Shown here one piece after another: positions 9,961-19,274 of a stretch of DNA of 64,000 nt. The translations under genes were made by a program, and so were the position numbers. Location of the stretch: positions 1-64,000 of IMG/VR virus record IMGVR_UViG_3300008117_000004. One strand, written 5' to 3'. The notes under the pieces were generated by a model that did no database searches, was not told where the DNA came from, and saw nothing but the letters and a program-made list of their open reading frames with translations. The stretch's first letter is position 1. Every line of letters starts with the position of its first letter. This stretch comes from an uncultured virus (IMG/VR IMGVR_UViG_3300008117_000004). Lineage: Duplodnaviria > Heunggongvirae > Uroviricota > Caudoviricetes.

Positions 9961-9982
9961 CTAGATAAATTAATTCACAAAA

Positions 9983-10795
9983 ATGAAGAATATTGGTAGA
10001 TATGATATAGAAACTTATAATGTTACAGTGAATGGTATTACTGAAACAAGAAAAAAAATACTTTATTATAACAATAATAATGAAGATTTCTTTGTAGAAA
10101 GATATTATGGTATAATACGTGATGGATACGAGCAAACCGAAATAATATTTAAAAATCTAAGATGGTTTGATATAAAAACAAATATTGTTGGTAAATCATT
10201 TTATATCAGTGATAGAGGAACACCACCAATTCCATATGTTTATTTTACAATTGCTGATATTGACTCTATACAAAGAGAAACCTCAACAAAATTAAAGGTA
10301 ATAGATACTACAAATAATCCGATTGCTTTAGTATTTGAAACAGAATTTGATTGTAATCAGGCTTACTCCTTAATAATTCTCCTATTGGATGATCCAAATG
10401 CTGATACTAATAATGTAACAGTCGATTCATCCGGTCCAATTATACATTTTAATAGTAATTTTTATAATGTTGATGTTTTGGATAATAATTTTCAAACCGG
10501 TACATTTTCATCAGATGCAACAACATCATTAATCTTAAATATAAATACTCATAGTTTTACAGGAACTTTACCAATTTCTAAAGGTGATATAAGAACTCAT
10601 TTAGTAAAGGGAGTTACTGATAATAGAGATATTAGTATAAATATGATGGATAATGATATAACTATTAATGCCGGGTCTATTACCGGAACTGAAGTAAGTA
10701 ATATCTCAACAACTGGTTTGTTTTTTATCAAATTTGAAATATCTGATCTAGTTAAAAATAAAACGGTATTTACTGTTTTAGCAAACTTAACTTAA
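9983..10795 (+). CDS. Hypothetical protein, probably structural
   Basis: 270-aa ORF behind TTAATATATA motif; beta-rich C-terminus. Confidence 0.65.
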   Translation: MKNIGRYDIETYNVTVNGITETRKKILYYNNNNEDFFVERYYGIIRDGYEQTEIIFKNLRWFDIKTNIVGKSFYISDRGTPPIPYVYFTIADIDSIQRETSTKLKVIDTTNNPIALVFETEFDCNQAYSLIILLLDDPNADTNNVTVDSSGPIIHFNSNFYNVDVLDNNFQTGTFSSDATTSLILNINTHSFTGTLPISKGDIRTHLVKGVTDNRDISINMMDNDITINAGSITGTEVSNISTTGLFFIKFEISDLVKNKTVFTVLANLT

Positions 10796-10809
10796 ATAAT
10801 ATATAATAA

Positions 10810-11739
10810 ATGAGTAATTATAGTTTAAATAAATTTGTTAGGGAAGCAAAACCAACAGATAATTTAGTAACAATATATAATATCAATGGTTTACCAACCT
10901 ATACAGTTAACCCACTTTCTATAACTAGGGTTTTAGTTCAAAATAATTTAGTTGTTTTAACTACAAACAAAAACGTAGTTATAAATCTCGACTTTACTGA
11001 TAATAATGAAGCTAGATTAGCACTTGTTGAATTACAAAGACAATTCGATATAATCAGAAAAAGAATCACAACACAAGCTCAAGCTCAGGCTCAAGCAGTT
11101 GAAATAGTACAATCTGGTACCGACTTTACCCAAATTTATAATCAAATTATTTATGGTACACAAAGTGGTGGTACACAAAGTGGTGGTACACAAAGTAGTA
11201 TTGAGAGTAGAATAGTTGACTTGGTTAAAATGATCAGTCAAAGTATGAATACCCTACAACAAAATATCGGTATTACAGATGCTGGTCCCGATTTTATAAG
11301 TATGTATGATATAAAGAAATTAGAATATAATCCAATTCTATCAACATACTCAACAACTGATAGTTTAACACAAAGAATAAAAACACTTACAGAACATATA
11401 GCTCAGGATATTTACACATTAAATCAAAAACAAGAAAAAATTTCAAATTCATTTAACCCAGTAAACACTTTTAGTGGCAATGAACCTGTTGATATATTAA
11501 ACTTAACTTTTAATGAATTGAGTGAAGGACCTGTAACAATTTTAATAAATGGAATTTATTTAAAACCGAGTAATTCAATTCAGAATATCGCATTTTTTTC
11601 AAATGATGGTATGCAAACAGCTACTGATTATATACAAGAGGGATCTATACTCTATATAAATCCAAATAAATTAGGATATGATATTGATGAGAATGATACA
11701 ATTACAATAGAATATTTAACTAGAAATATTCTATTTTAA
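10810..11739 (+). CDS. Hypothetical protein, probably structural; short QAQAQAQ and GGTQS repeats
   Basis: 309-aa ORF; TAATATATA 4 nt upstream; C-terminal ILINGI..GYDIDENDTITIEY. Confidence 0.65.
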   Translation: MSNYSLNKFVREAKPTDNLVTIYNINGLPTYTVNPLSITRVLVQNNLVVLTTNKNVVINLDFTDNNEARLALVELQRQFDIIRKRITTQAQAQAQAVEIVQSGTDFTQIYNQIIYGTQSGGTQSGGTQSSIESRIVDLVKMISQSMNTLQQNIGITDAGPDFISMYDIKKLEYNPILSTYSTTDSLTQRIKTLTEHIAQDIYTLNQKQEKISNSFNPVNTFSGNEPVDILNLTFNELSEGPVTILINGIYLKPSNSIQNIAFFSNDGMQTATDYIQEGSILYINPNKLGYDIDENDTITIEYLTRNILF

Positions 11740-12458
11740 TAATTCATTATTATAAATTCAGTACCCATAATTGTCATCTTTTTCTCAATTCTAAAGTTAT
11801 TATATAAATTCTCCAAATCATCAAATTGCCAATAACTTAAAACAAATCTACCTTTAATAGATTTTAATATATCAGATAACTCTTTATGAGATTCTTTATT
11901 AAAATTATGATTTATGTAGTAATTCTCTTTACCCATATAAGGTGGATCAATATAAAAAAATGTTGATTCTGAATCATATTCGGTAAAAATCTTTTTATAA
12001 TCCCAGTTATGTATTTTAGTTATTTTATCTAAAAGTGGTTTATAAGCCCTAAGTTTTAATTTGAATATCTCAAACTCACTATCACCTAACCAAGAATTTT
12101 TACCTATTTTATTTGTTGATGAACAAGTTAAAATTATTAACCACTGAATTGCCTTTTGTAATTCATCACCATCATTAAGTTTATTTAAAACATCAGAATA
12201 GTAGTTTTGATCTACTTTGATATTTTTTATTTCCGAAATAAAATCTTTGTTAAATTTTAGTTGATTAAATAAATTATAATTCAAATAATTAATATCATTA
12301 TAGATATAATCAACACCCTTAAACTTACTAAAGTTTAAAGAAAAGAAAACACCCATTGCCCCACCAAAAGGCTCAATATATGTTTTTATATCGGTTGGTA
12401 TATTTGGTGTTATAAAATTTGATAACCTACTTTTTTCACCTAAATACGGTATTAACAT
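11736..12458 (-). CDS. DNA adenine methyltransferase (Dam/D12 class)
   Basis: PYLGEKS, YIEPFGG (motif I), YNDIN, FYIDPPY (motif IV). Confidence 0.9.
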   Translation of the reverse strand: MLIPYLGEKSRLSNFITPNIPTDIKTYIEPFGGAMGVFFSLNFSKFKGVDYIYNDINYLNYNLFNQLKFNKDFISEIKNIKVDQNYYSDVLNKLNDGDELQKAIQWLIILTCSSTNKIGKNSWLGDSEFEIFKLKLRAYKPLLDKITKIHNWDYKKIFTEYDSESTFFYIDPPYMGKENYYINHNFNKESHKELSDILKSIKGRFVLSYWQFDDLENLYNNFRIEKKMTIMGTEFIIMNY

Positions 12459-12928
12459 TAATCAGTTCTATATTTTATACTATATATTGTATATGACTTT
12501 ATATATTCAATTTGACTATCGTTCAATACTTCATTAAACTTTGGCATAATCATTGATTTTGGCATCCATTTATTAAATAATACTTCAGTATGTTTATATT
12601 TTTTTGATAAATCACTTATATCTTTAACACTTTCATTAAAGTATTTAAAAGAAATACTATCATTTAATTTTGGACCAGCAAAATCTTTATCAAAAGAGTG
12701 ACAACTAGCACAGTATCTAGAGAATAAAACTTTACCAGAATCAATATATTCTGGTAAAATATTTATCTCAGATAAAGTATCATCTTTATCTCTATAATCA
12801 GAAATATTTCCAGTTGTTGGTTTATTATAACTATTAATTTTTGGCTCAAGATAAGTTCTACAAAATGTGTGTATTAAAAACCAAATACCAAATATAACCA
12901 AAAACTCATATATTATTAGTTTTTTCAT
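12458..12928 (-). CDS. Membrane-anchored class I c-type cytochrome
   Basis: N-terminal hydrophobic helix; GKVLF..YCASCH heme motif, AGPKL, distal IMPKF Met ligand. Confidence 0.8.
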   Translation of the reverse strand: MKKLIIYEFLVIFGIWFLIHTFCRTYLEPKINSYNKPTTGNISDYRDKDDTLSEINILPEYIDSGKVLFSRYCASCHSFDKDFAGPKLNDSISFKYFNESVKDISDLSKKYKHTEVLFNKWMPKSMIMPKFNEVLNDSQIEYIKSYTIYSIKYRTD

Positions 12929-13284
12929 CTATTCCAATAATAGTATTGATAATTGTAGTTATAATTATAGTTTTGTCTTGGGTAATAGTAATTTTCATAA
13001 TACCAATTAGACCAATAACAATACCAAGCATAAGAATTCCAATATTGTGCTAACCAACCATTTACAGTCCAAACATAAATATATCCAGAATACTGCTGTT
13101 GTTCCCATTGTAAAATTCTGTATCTTTTTTGATAACCACCTTGAAAATTATATTGATAATAATAGTCATATTCTTTAACTCTTTGACCTTGATATTGGTA
13201 ATAATTACCAGATTGCCAACCTGATTGTGAAAAAGAAAATAAAGTTGTTAATGTTATTAATAATGTTAGTAAAAATTTTCTCAT
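12925..13284 (-). CDS. Secreted Tyr/Trp/Gln/Asn-rich protein
   Basis: Signal peptide MRKFLLTLLITLTTLFSFS followed by Q; mature part extremely aromatic. Confidence 0.7.
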   Translation of the reverse strand: MRKFLLTLLITLTTLFSFSQSGWQSGNYYQYQGQRVKEYDYYYQYNFQGGYQKRYRILQWEQQQYSGYIYVWTVNGWLAQYWNSYAWYCYWSNWYYENYYYPRQNYNYNYNYQYYYWNR

Positions 13285-13286
13285 AA

Positions 13287-14396
13287 TTATTTCTTAAATT
13301 CATTTTTGTCATTTGATACATAAAAATTATCAAATTGATAGTACTTATCATAAACTTCTTTAACCTTCATAAAGTTAACTTCATCTAAGATGTCATAAAC
13401 ACTCCAACCTTCTGGATTTATGAATTGATTTACGTTTTTATATCTTAAAATTTCATCTTTCTTTTGTCTAACTGAGTAGAAATCTTTAACTAAGTCAAAT
13501 CTGTCTTTTGTTAAATACTTTTTAGGATTGTCTAAAACCAATTTAGTAGCATCTACAACAGCATTAAAGTTTTTATTAGATGTTTGAGTTGCGATAGCAT
13601 TGATTCCTTGTTGATTCATTCTTGATTGATAGCAGTGTACATAATAAACTAAACCTCTTTTTTCTCTAATTTCTTGATAAAGTGGAGATTTTAATCCTAA
13701 TGATAACATTGCGTTGATATAATGAACATAAGCAAAGTCTTCATTGATAATAGGTGATAACATAATTAAAGATGATTTATCTTTAAAATCATTATTTAAC
13801 TCAAATGGTACTTTGTAGTCACCATACTCAACATTTTTAATGATTTCTCTTTCAGCAAAATCTAAAGTCTTGTTCTTATAAGGATTGTTTTTAGAAACAT
13901 TAATTACTTTAGTTGGTTTAGCATATTGTAGTTCCCAAAAGTTTATTATGTCTAAAAATTTTAAACTTTCTAAATCTTCTTTTAAACCGATAGGGCCATA
14001 GTCATTAAATAATTTTCTAGAAAGATTTAACATATGAGATTCACTTAAATCTGTGAAGCTATCCATATATTCTTCCATTACAATCTTTCTCTCATTCTCA
14101 AAATCTTCTTTTGTTATTTTAAAATCGAAAATTAAATCTACTATAATATGTTTCCATTTATTTACTTTTTCATCAAGCCCTTGGATATACATACATATAT
14201 CATTAGAACTTGTCCATAAATTCCATTCGACACCGTCTCGGTCAAAATCTTCTTGTAAGTGATCAATCATTTTTGTTTGCAAATGTTCTACCAAATGAGA
14301 TATCCCGAAATTTCCTTTCTTTTCAAGGTTAGTTGAGCCTTCCCATAGTATGTAAAATGAACTTAGATCATTTTCACTCTTTAAATTAATTATCAT
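13287..14396 (-). CDS. M16 family (insulinase-like) zinc peptidase
   Basis: GISHLVEH (HxxEH), ERKIVMEE, SPLYQEIREKRGLVY. Confidence 0.9.
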   Translation of the reverse strand: MIINLKSENDLSSFYILWEGSTNLEKKGNFGISHLVEHLQTKMIDHLQEDFDRDGVEWNLWTSSNDICMYIQGLDEKVNKWKHIIVDLIFDFKITKEDFENERKIVMEEYMDSFTDLSESHMLNLSRKLFNDYGPIGLKEDLESLKFLDIINFWELQYAKPTKVINVSKNNPYKNKTLDFAEREIIKNVEYGDYKVPFELNNDFKDKSSLIMLSPIINEDFAYVHYINAMLSLGLKSPLYQEIREKRGLVYYVHCYQSRMNQQGINAIATQTSNKNFNAVVDATKLVLDNPKKYLTKDRFDLVKDFYSVRQKKDEILRYKNVNQFINPEGWSVYDILDEVNFMKVKEVYDKYYQFDNFYVSNDKNEFKK

Positions 14397-14550
14397 TTTC
14401 TTCTAAATATTTTTTTATTAAATACTCTACAAATCTAGATTTTTTATAAAACTTAGATTTTAGTAGTTCATCTATTTTTTGATTTAGTTTAGGATCAATA
14501 CTTATTGAAATTTTAATCCTTTTTTCATCATCGGGTATTTTATTATTCAT
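14386..14550 (-). CDS. 54-aa ribbon-helix-helix (CopG/Arc-like) DNA-binding protein, missed by ORF track
   Basis: Manual translation MNNKIPDDEKRIKISISIDPKLNQKIDELLKSKFYKKSRFVEYLIKKYLEENDN: alternating beta strand, helix, KSRFVEYLI second helix. Confidence 0.7.
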   Translation of the reverse strand: MNNKIPDDEKRIKISISIDPKLNQKIDELLKSKFYKKSRFVEYLIKKYLEENDN

Positions 14551-14625
14551 AATTACTTATAAAAAAAATTTTAAAAAAGTTTATAAAAAGTATGTAGGAA
14601 AGTGGTAAGTTTTTATATATAAATT

Positions 14626-15426
14626 ATGTTATTAAATAAATTTATAAAAGTTAAAGTTTCCAATAGAACTAAAAAATATTTCCTTGAAAAGGGATATATT
14701 GAAGATAATGGTTATTTTATGGTTTTACCAGAGGATATGAATGATTCTAATAGAACAAAAGTAAAATGTGAATGTGAATATTGTGGAGTAATAAATGATG
14801 TAACTTGGTCAAATTATATATTACAAATGAATAAAGCGGAAGAGAAAATATATTCATGTCATAAATGTCATTTTAATAAGACAAAAATCATCTTTATGAA
14901 AAATTATGGGGTAGATAATATTCAAATTTTAGATCAAGTTAAAAATAAAATTAAAAAAACTTGTATGGAAAAATATGGTGTTGATTGTGTTTTAAAATCA
15001 AAAAAGATAAAAGATAAAATTAAAAATATTTTTATAGAGAAGTATGGTGTAGATCACCCTATGAAAAATGAAAAAATTTTTAATAAAGCTCAGAAAAACT
15101 CATATAGAACTATAAAATATAAAGAAACTGAATTATATTATAAAGGAACGTATGAATTAGATTTTATAGAATATTGTATAAAAAATGAAATTAATATAGA
15201 AAATGGTCCAACTATAAAATATAAATTGTGTGAAAAAGAAAGAGTTTATTATTCGGATTTCTTAATAAGAGATATTAATCTAATTGTTGAAGTAAAGTCA
15301 ACTTATACTTATTGTGATTATGATGAAAATATAGCAAAAATGAAATACACAATAGAGAATGGTTATAACTTTATTTTCATTATAGATAAGGACTATACTG
15401 ATTTTGAAAAAATAATAAATTCTTAA
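14626..15426 (+). CDS. Free-standing homing-endonuclease-like protein (Zn ribbon + KYGV repeats + PD-(D/E)xK domain)
   Basis: CECEYCG..CHKC, three (N/K)YGVD repeats, YYSDF..LIVEVKS. Confidence 0.75.
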   Translation: MLLNKFIKVKVSNRTKKYFLEKGYIEDNGYFMVLPEDMNDSNRTKVKCECEYCGVINDVTWSNYILQMNKAEEKIYSCHKCHFNKTKIIFMKNYGVDNIQILDQVKNKIKKTCMEKYGVDCVLKSKKIKDKIKNIFIEKYGVDHPMKNEKIFNKAQKNSYRTIKYKETELYYKGTYELDFIEYCIKNEINIENGPTIKYKLCEKERVYYSDFLIRDINLIVEVKSTYTYCDYDENIAKMKYTIENGYNFIFIIDKDYTDFEKIINS

Positions 15427-15454
15427 TACTCTTTTTCATAAAGTATATATTAAA

Positions 15455-16429
15455 TTAAAATACTCTACTCTTTAGGTGTTTTATAAAGTCAAAACTAACT
15501 TCATGTGAATTTACAATCATATCATCATTTATATCAATTTCGATAAAATCATCCATATTTCTCATTTTCTGAAAATAGTGCTCAGCAGCGTCTTTAGCAA
15601 ACTTACTTACCACAACTTTGGTTGGTATTAAATAATAATCAAAAAGATCTCTTAGAATACAAGCTGTTCTTAAACCAACCGGATCATTATCAGCCACAAT
15701 AGTTATTTTACTAGGCTTCTTTTTAAGAACTTGGTATAATTGAATTCCACTCCACATAGCACTTGAACAAGAAACGGCATTCCTACCCATATTATTAATG
15801 GCTACCATATCAAATATACCTTCGGTTATCCATATTTCACTTCCTTCTAAAATAGTATCTAATCCCCAAACAGGCACATCAGGACAAGCTAAAGAGTATT
15901 TTAAAGTTTTAGTATCGTTATTTTCTATTGAAATTTTTCTGATAGCACAATTCACTAATTCACCACCTTCAAAAAGTGGAATAACTATTCCACCAACATT
16001 TAAACCATCATCTAAAAACTTTCTAAGAACTGGATGTACGGTTGCTCCTAAAATCTCCAAGTGTTCTTTACTTTCAACAGATGATAAACCGAATAATTGA
16101 TATTTAAGAATTGTTTGTTCGCCAATTCCTCTATTAACTAAATACTCATATTCTAAGTCATTAAAAGAACCAATCAAGTTGGATACTAATGGTGTTAATT
16201 CAGTAATCTGTTGTTTTGTAACATAAACATCACCTGAACTTAAATCTAGTTCTTTTGAATTAACCTCAATGAACCTTTGTGAGTTATACATACTCTTAAT
16301 CTTTGATAGATTCTCTTCTAACTCAATTAGTTTATAAGGATTGATGTTACTTGGTAGGAAATTTTTAACCACTCCATTAACAGAGCGATTATTAAATAAA
16401 ATAAAACTCAAATCTTCTTTAGAATACAT
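15455..16429 (-). CDS. DNA primase-like TOPRIM protein
   Basis: YLVNRGI, IVIPL, WITEGIFD, ADNDPVG, KDAAE. Confidence 0.8.
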   Translation of the reverse strand: MYSKEDLSFILFNNRSVNGVVKNFLPSNINPYKLIELEENLSKIKSMYNSQRFIEVNSKELDLSSGDVYVTKQQITELTPLVSNLIGSFNDLEYEYLVNRGIGEQTILKYQLFGLSSVESKEHLEILGATVHPVLRKFLDDGLNVGGIVIPLFEGGELVNCAIRKISIENNDTKTLKYSLACPDVPVWGLDTILEGSEIWITEGIFDMVAINNMGRNAVSCSSAMWSGIQLYQVLKKKPSKITIVADNDPVGLRTACILRDLFDYYLIPTKVVVSKFAKDAAEHYFQKMRNMDDFIEIDINDDMIVNSHEVSFDFIKHLKSRVF

Positions 16430-16462
16430 AAATAATTTTTATGTTAAATTTTATATATTTTT

Positions 16463-16493
16463 TTTGAAATGTTTAATAAAATCTATATATTTG
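16463..16493 (+). promoter_or_regulatory. Bacteroidetes-type housekeeping promoter TTTG-N19-TATATTTG
   Basis: TTTG 16463-66 and TATATTTG 16486-93; TAnnTTTG also at 32712, 32958 and 45787 directly before genes. Confidence 0.6.
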
Positions 16494-16502
16494 TATTATA
16501 AA

Positions 16503-17153
16503 ATGAAAAATATGATAAAAGTAGGCTTATCAGGTAATAGATATTCAGGTAAAGATGTTTGTTGTAGAATATTTGAACAAATCGGTGTTCCGGTATTTAA
16601 TGCAGATGTTGTACTTAAATTTATTCTTAATTATAATTATGAGATTAATTATAAAATCAGAAGTGCGTTTGGTGATGTTTTTTCACTAAAAGGTGATTTA
16701 CTTGATTTGAATAAGTTTTCAGAAAAGAGAAAGTTTGATGATTTACTTGATATTGTCGAGTATGAATTGTTAAATGCTTATGACGAGTTCAATAAACGTC
16801 ATAAACAAAAAGTCTATACTATCTTCCACTCTTCTATTTTATATGAAAGAGAATGGCATAAAGTAATGGATTATAACATTACTGTTTTCTCTTCAAGAGA
16901 CGAAAGAATAGATCGTTGTAAAAAATCAACAAAGTTAGAAGAGCATAAAATCAAACAATTGATAAGTTCTGAGTTAGACGAGTTATGTAAAAACTCTTAT
17001 GGAGACTTTGTATTAAGTAATTACTTAGGAGCAGTTCCATCTTATGGTGATATTATAGACCAAATAAGTAGAGTTGATCAAAAAATTGTTGATAAGTACT
17101 TATTGAAAGAACAAACAACTTACGGAGAAGATTTTAATCCTAATTTATTATAA
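16503..17153 (+). CDS. coaE: Dephospho-CoA kinase
   Basis: IKVGLSGNRYSGKD P-loop variant, GVPVFNAD; start moved from 16341 to ATG 16503 to avoid overlap with primase. Confidence 0.75.
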   Translation: MKNMIKVGLSGNRYSGKDVCCRIFEQIGVPVFNADVVLKFILNYNYEINYKIRSAFGDVFSLKGDLLDLNKFSEKRKFDDLLDIVEYELLNAYDEFNKRHKQKVYTIFHSSILYEREWHKVMDYNITVFSSRDERIDRCKKSTKLEEHKIKQLISSELDELCKNSYGDFVLSNYLGAVPSYGDIIDQISRVDQKIVDKYLLKEQTTYGEDFNPNLL

Positions 17154-17482
17154 TGAGAAAAAAAATATATTTAGCAATCGCATACACGGGTTATGAGGAT
17201 CTTAGTTTCGACTTGGCTAATAAAGAAGCAGCGAAACTAATTAATGAGGGTCACTTTGTATTTTCACCAATTAGTATGTCACATCCAATATCAAAACTTG
17301 GTGGTTTGGATGGATCATGGGACACTTGGAAAGAATTAGATATGGAGTTTATCAGATGGTGTGATGAAGTCCATGTTATAAACTTTAATGATTTAGCAAC
17401 TAAAAATTCAGTCGGTGTTAATGACGAGATTAAATACGCTAAAGAAATAGGAAAAGAAGTTATTTATATTCAAAAATTTTAA
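17153..17482 (+). CDS. DUF1937 / nucleoside 2-deoxyribosyltransferase-like protein
   Basis: IYLAIAYT, VFSPISMSHP, CDEVHV, SVGVNDEIKYA. Confidence 0.7.
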   Translation: MRKKIYLAIAYTGYEDLSFDLANKEAAKLINEGHFVFSPISMSHPISKLGGLDGSWDTWKELDMEFIRWCDEVHVINFNDLATKNSVGVNDEIKYAKEIGKEVIYIQKF

Positions 17483-17484
17483 TT

Positions 17485-17880
17485 ATGGCAAACGCTTATG
17501 TACATTCAAAATCTTCAGCTAGAAAGTTCGGTGGTGAAGTAGAAGATTATTTACCAATTCATATCAAAATGGATTGCTCAAAGGCTTATATTTCAGATAA
17601 TCGACACAGATGCTTGACGCATAATTCATTCTGGATTCATGAAGTTATGATTCCAATTTTTGGATATACTATTACAAACTCTGTTGGTAAAGTAGTTTCT
17701 GTAAAAGATATTTGTGAACAACATATTTTAGAAGATTTTGGTATGAGATTTATTCCAACTGCTCAAGACTATTTAGAAAATATGGAGTTTCAAGATTGGA
17801 TGCAAAATGGTATTAAAGGTAGCCCATCATCATTTAAAAAATTAAGTGAAAAGGGCAATATTAAAGTAAATATGGATTAA
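17485..17880 (+). CDS. DUF6915-like conserved phage protein
   Basis: HSKSSARKFGG..DYLPIH..RHRCLTH..EQHILED..IPTAQDYL. Confidence 0.7.
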   Translation: MANAYVHSKSSARKFGGEVEDYLPIHIKMDCSKAYISDNRHRCLTHNSFWIHEVMIPIFGYTITNSVGKVVSVKDICEQHILEDFGMRFIPTAQDYLENMEFQDWMQNGIKGSPSSFKKLSEKGNIKVNMD

Positions 17881-17881
17881 T

Positions 17882-18622
17882 ATGTATGTAATAGCCAAAT
17901 CTACGTCAAAACGTTTAATTAAAGGTTCTACTTATGAAGTTGATAAACTTTTCAATAGTGGTACTAACCAAAATCGTTGGATGGAGGGTAGAATAGTCTT
18001 AAAAGAAGTTAAAGGATGGTTTAGAGTAACTCAATTTACTGATGTTAATGGTAATGATGTTCCAAGAACAGATATCAATAACGTTATGACTACTTTTATC
18101 AGTGATAGTGCAAAGTTTGAAGAATTAAAAGTTGGTGATATACTTGTTTGTAAAACAGATAACTATAAAACTATTGTAAACGGTGGTTATTATAAAATTG
18201 AAAGTTTAGATACTAAAACTAAACAAGTACAAAGTTGGACTGGTAACAATTACACAAGTAGTGAGAATAAAATTAAGTTTGTTGGAGTTAAGAGAGTTAT
18301 GAAATATAACTCTTGGAATTTCAGAAAAATGACTACTCAGGAGTTAAGAGATGCTAACTTAAATGAATTATTAAATAATGAGAAACTTAATGTTTTTGAT
18401 AAACCGATTTCAAGAAAATTAGACTACTCGGAAAATCCTGATTTAGATTTAATTAAATCATTAGCAATGTCAATTTTAGATCCTAATAGACATAAATTAT
18501 CAATTATTGATTGGGCATGTGAAAAACATGATCGAAAATTAGGAATACAAAATAAAGATTTTGAAAGATTATTGGAGTTGCCTCTTAAAGATTTATTAGA
18601 ATTAATAGAAACAAACAAATAA
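17882..18622 (+). CDS. Hypothetical protein with internal RDxxL tag (ELRDANLNELL)
   Basis: 246-aa ORF in operon. Confidence 0.7.
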   Translation: MYVIAKSTSKRLIKGSTYEVDKLFNSGTNQNRWMEGRIVLKEVKGWFRVTQFTDVNGNDVPRTDINNVMTTFISDSAKFEELKVGDILVCKTDNYKTIVNGGYYKIESLDTKTKQVQSWTGNNYTSSENKIKFVGVKRVMKYNSWNFRKMTTQELRDANLNELLNNEKLNVFDKPISRKLDYSENPDLDLIKSLAMSILDPNRHKLSIIDWACEKHDRKLGIQNKDFERLLELPLKDLLELIETNK

Positions 18623-18685
18623 CAACACACACCCTACGATAAAAGGGAGTATCTTGTATTTTATATATAAAAATAAAATACTAAT

Positions 18686-19264
18686 ATGAAGTGGAAAGAT
18701 AATGATGTTATAAATGGATTTAAATTATTAGAAAGATCTGAAAAGAAAGGTTATTGGAAAGCTGAACATAAATGTGGTAGAGTATATGAGTTCAGAACAT
18801 CACAAATAAGATCACAAAGTCATTGCAAAGGATGTATAAATGAGTATCATATTGAAAATAGAGGTAAAAATCACAAATCATGGAAAGGATGTGGTGAGTT
18901 ATCATCAGATCTTTTTACAACAATAAAATTAAATGCTAGAGATAGAAAATTGACTTTTGATTTGACTATTGAATTTCTTTGGGATTTATTTTTAAAACAA
19001 GATGGAAAGTGTGCTTTATCAAAGATACCAATTTATTTAAATGAAAAGTGTAGTGATAAAAAATACAAAACCGCGACTTTAGATAGAATTGATAGTAATA
19101 AAGGATATATAGTCGGTAATGTTCAATGGTTACATAGAGATATAAATAAAATGAAGAATAACTTTCCAGAGGATTATTTTTTCAAAATGTGTGAATTAGT
19201 AAGTTCAAACAACAAAAATGAGAATTTTGATATAAAACCTGGATATTTTTTTAACAACAATTAA
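18686..19264 (+). CDS. HNH-type homing endonuclease-like protein
   Basis: QDGKCALS..TLDRIDSNKGYIVGNVQWLHRDINKMK. Confidence 0.85.
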   Translation: MKWKDNDVINGFKLLERSEKKGYWKAEHKCGRVYEFRTSQIRSQSHCKGCINEYHIENRGKNHKSWKGCGELSSDLFTTIKLNARDRKLTFDLTIEFLWDLFLKQDGKCALSKIPIYLNEKCSDKKYKTATLDRIDSNKGYIVGNVQWLHRDINKMKNNFPEDYFFKMCELVSSNNKNENFDIKPGYFFNNN

Positions 19265-19274
19265 ATAATATAAT

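Noticed and set aside
16341..16502. N-terminal extension of CoaE given in the ORF track
   Set aside because: Overlaps the divergent primase start and promoter region; homology begins at MIKVGLSG.
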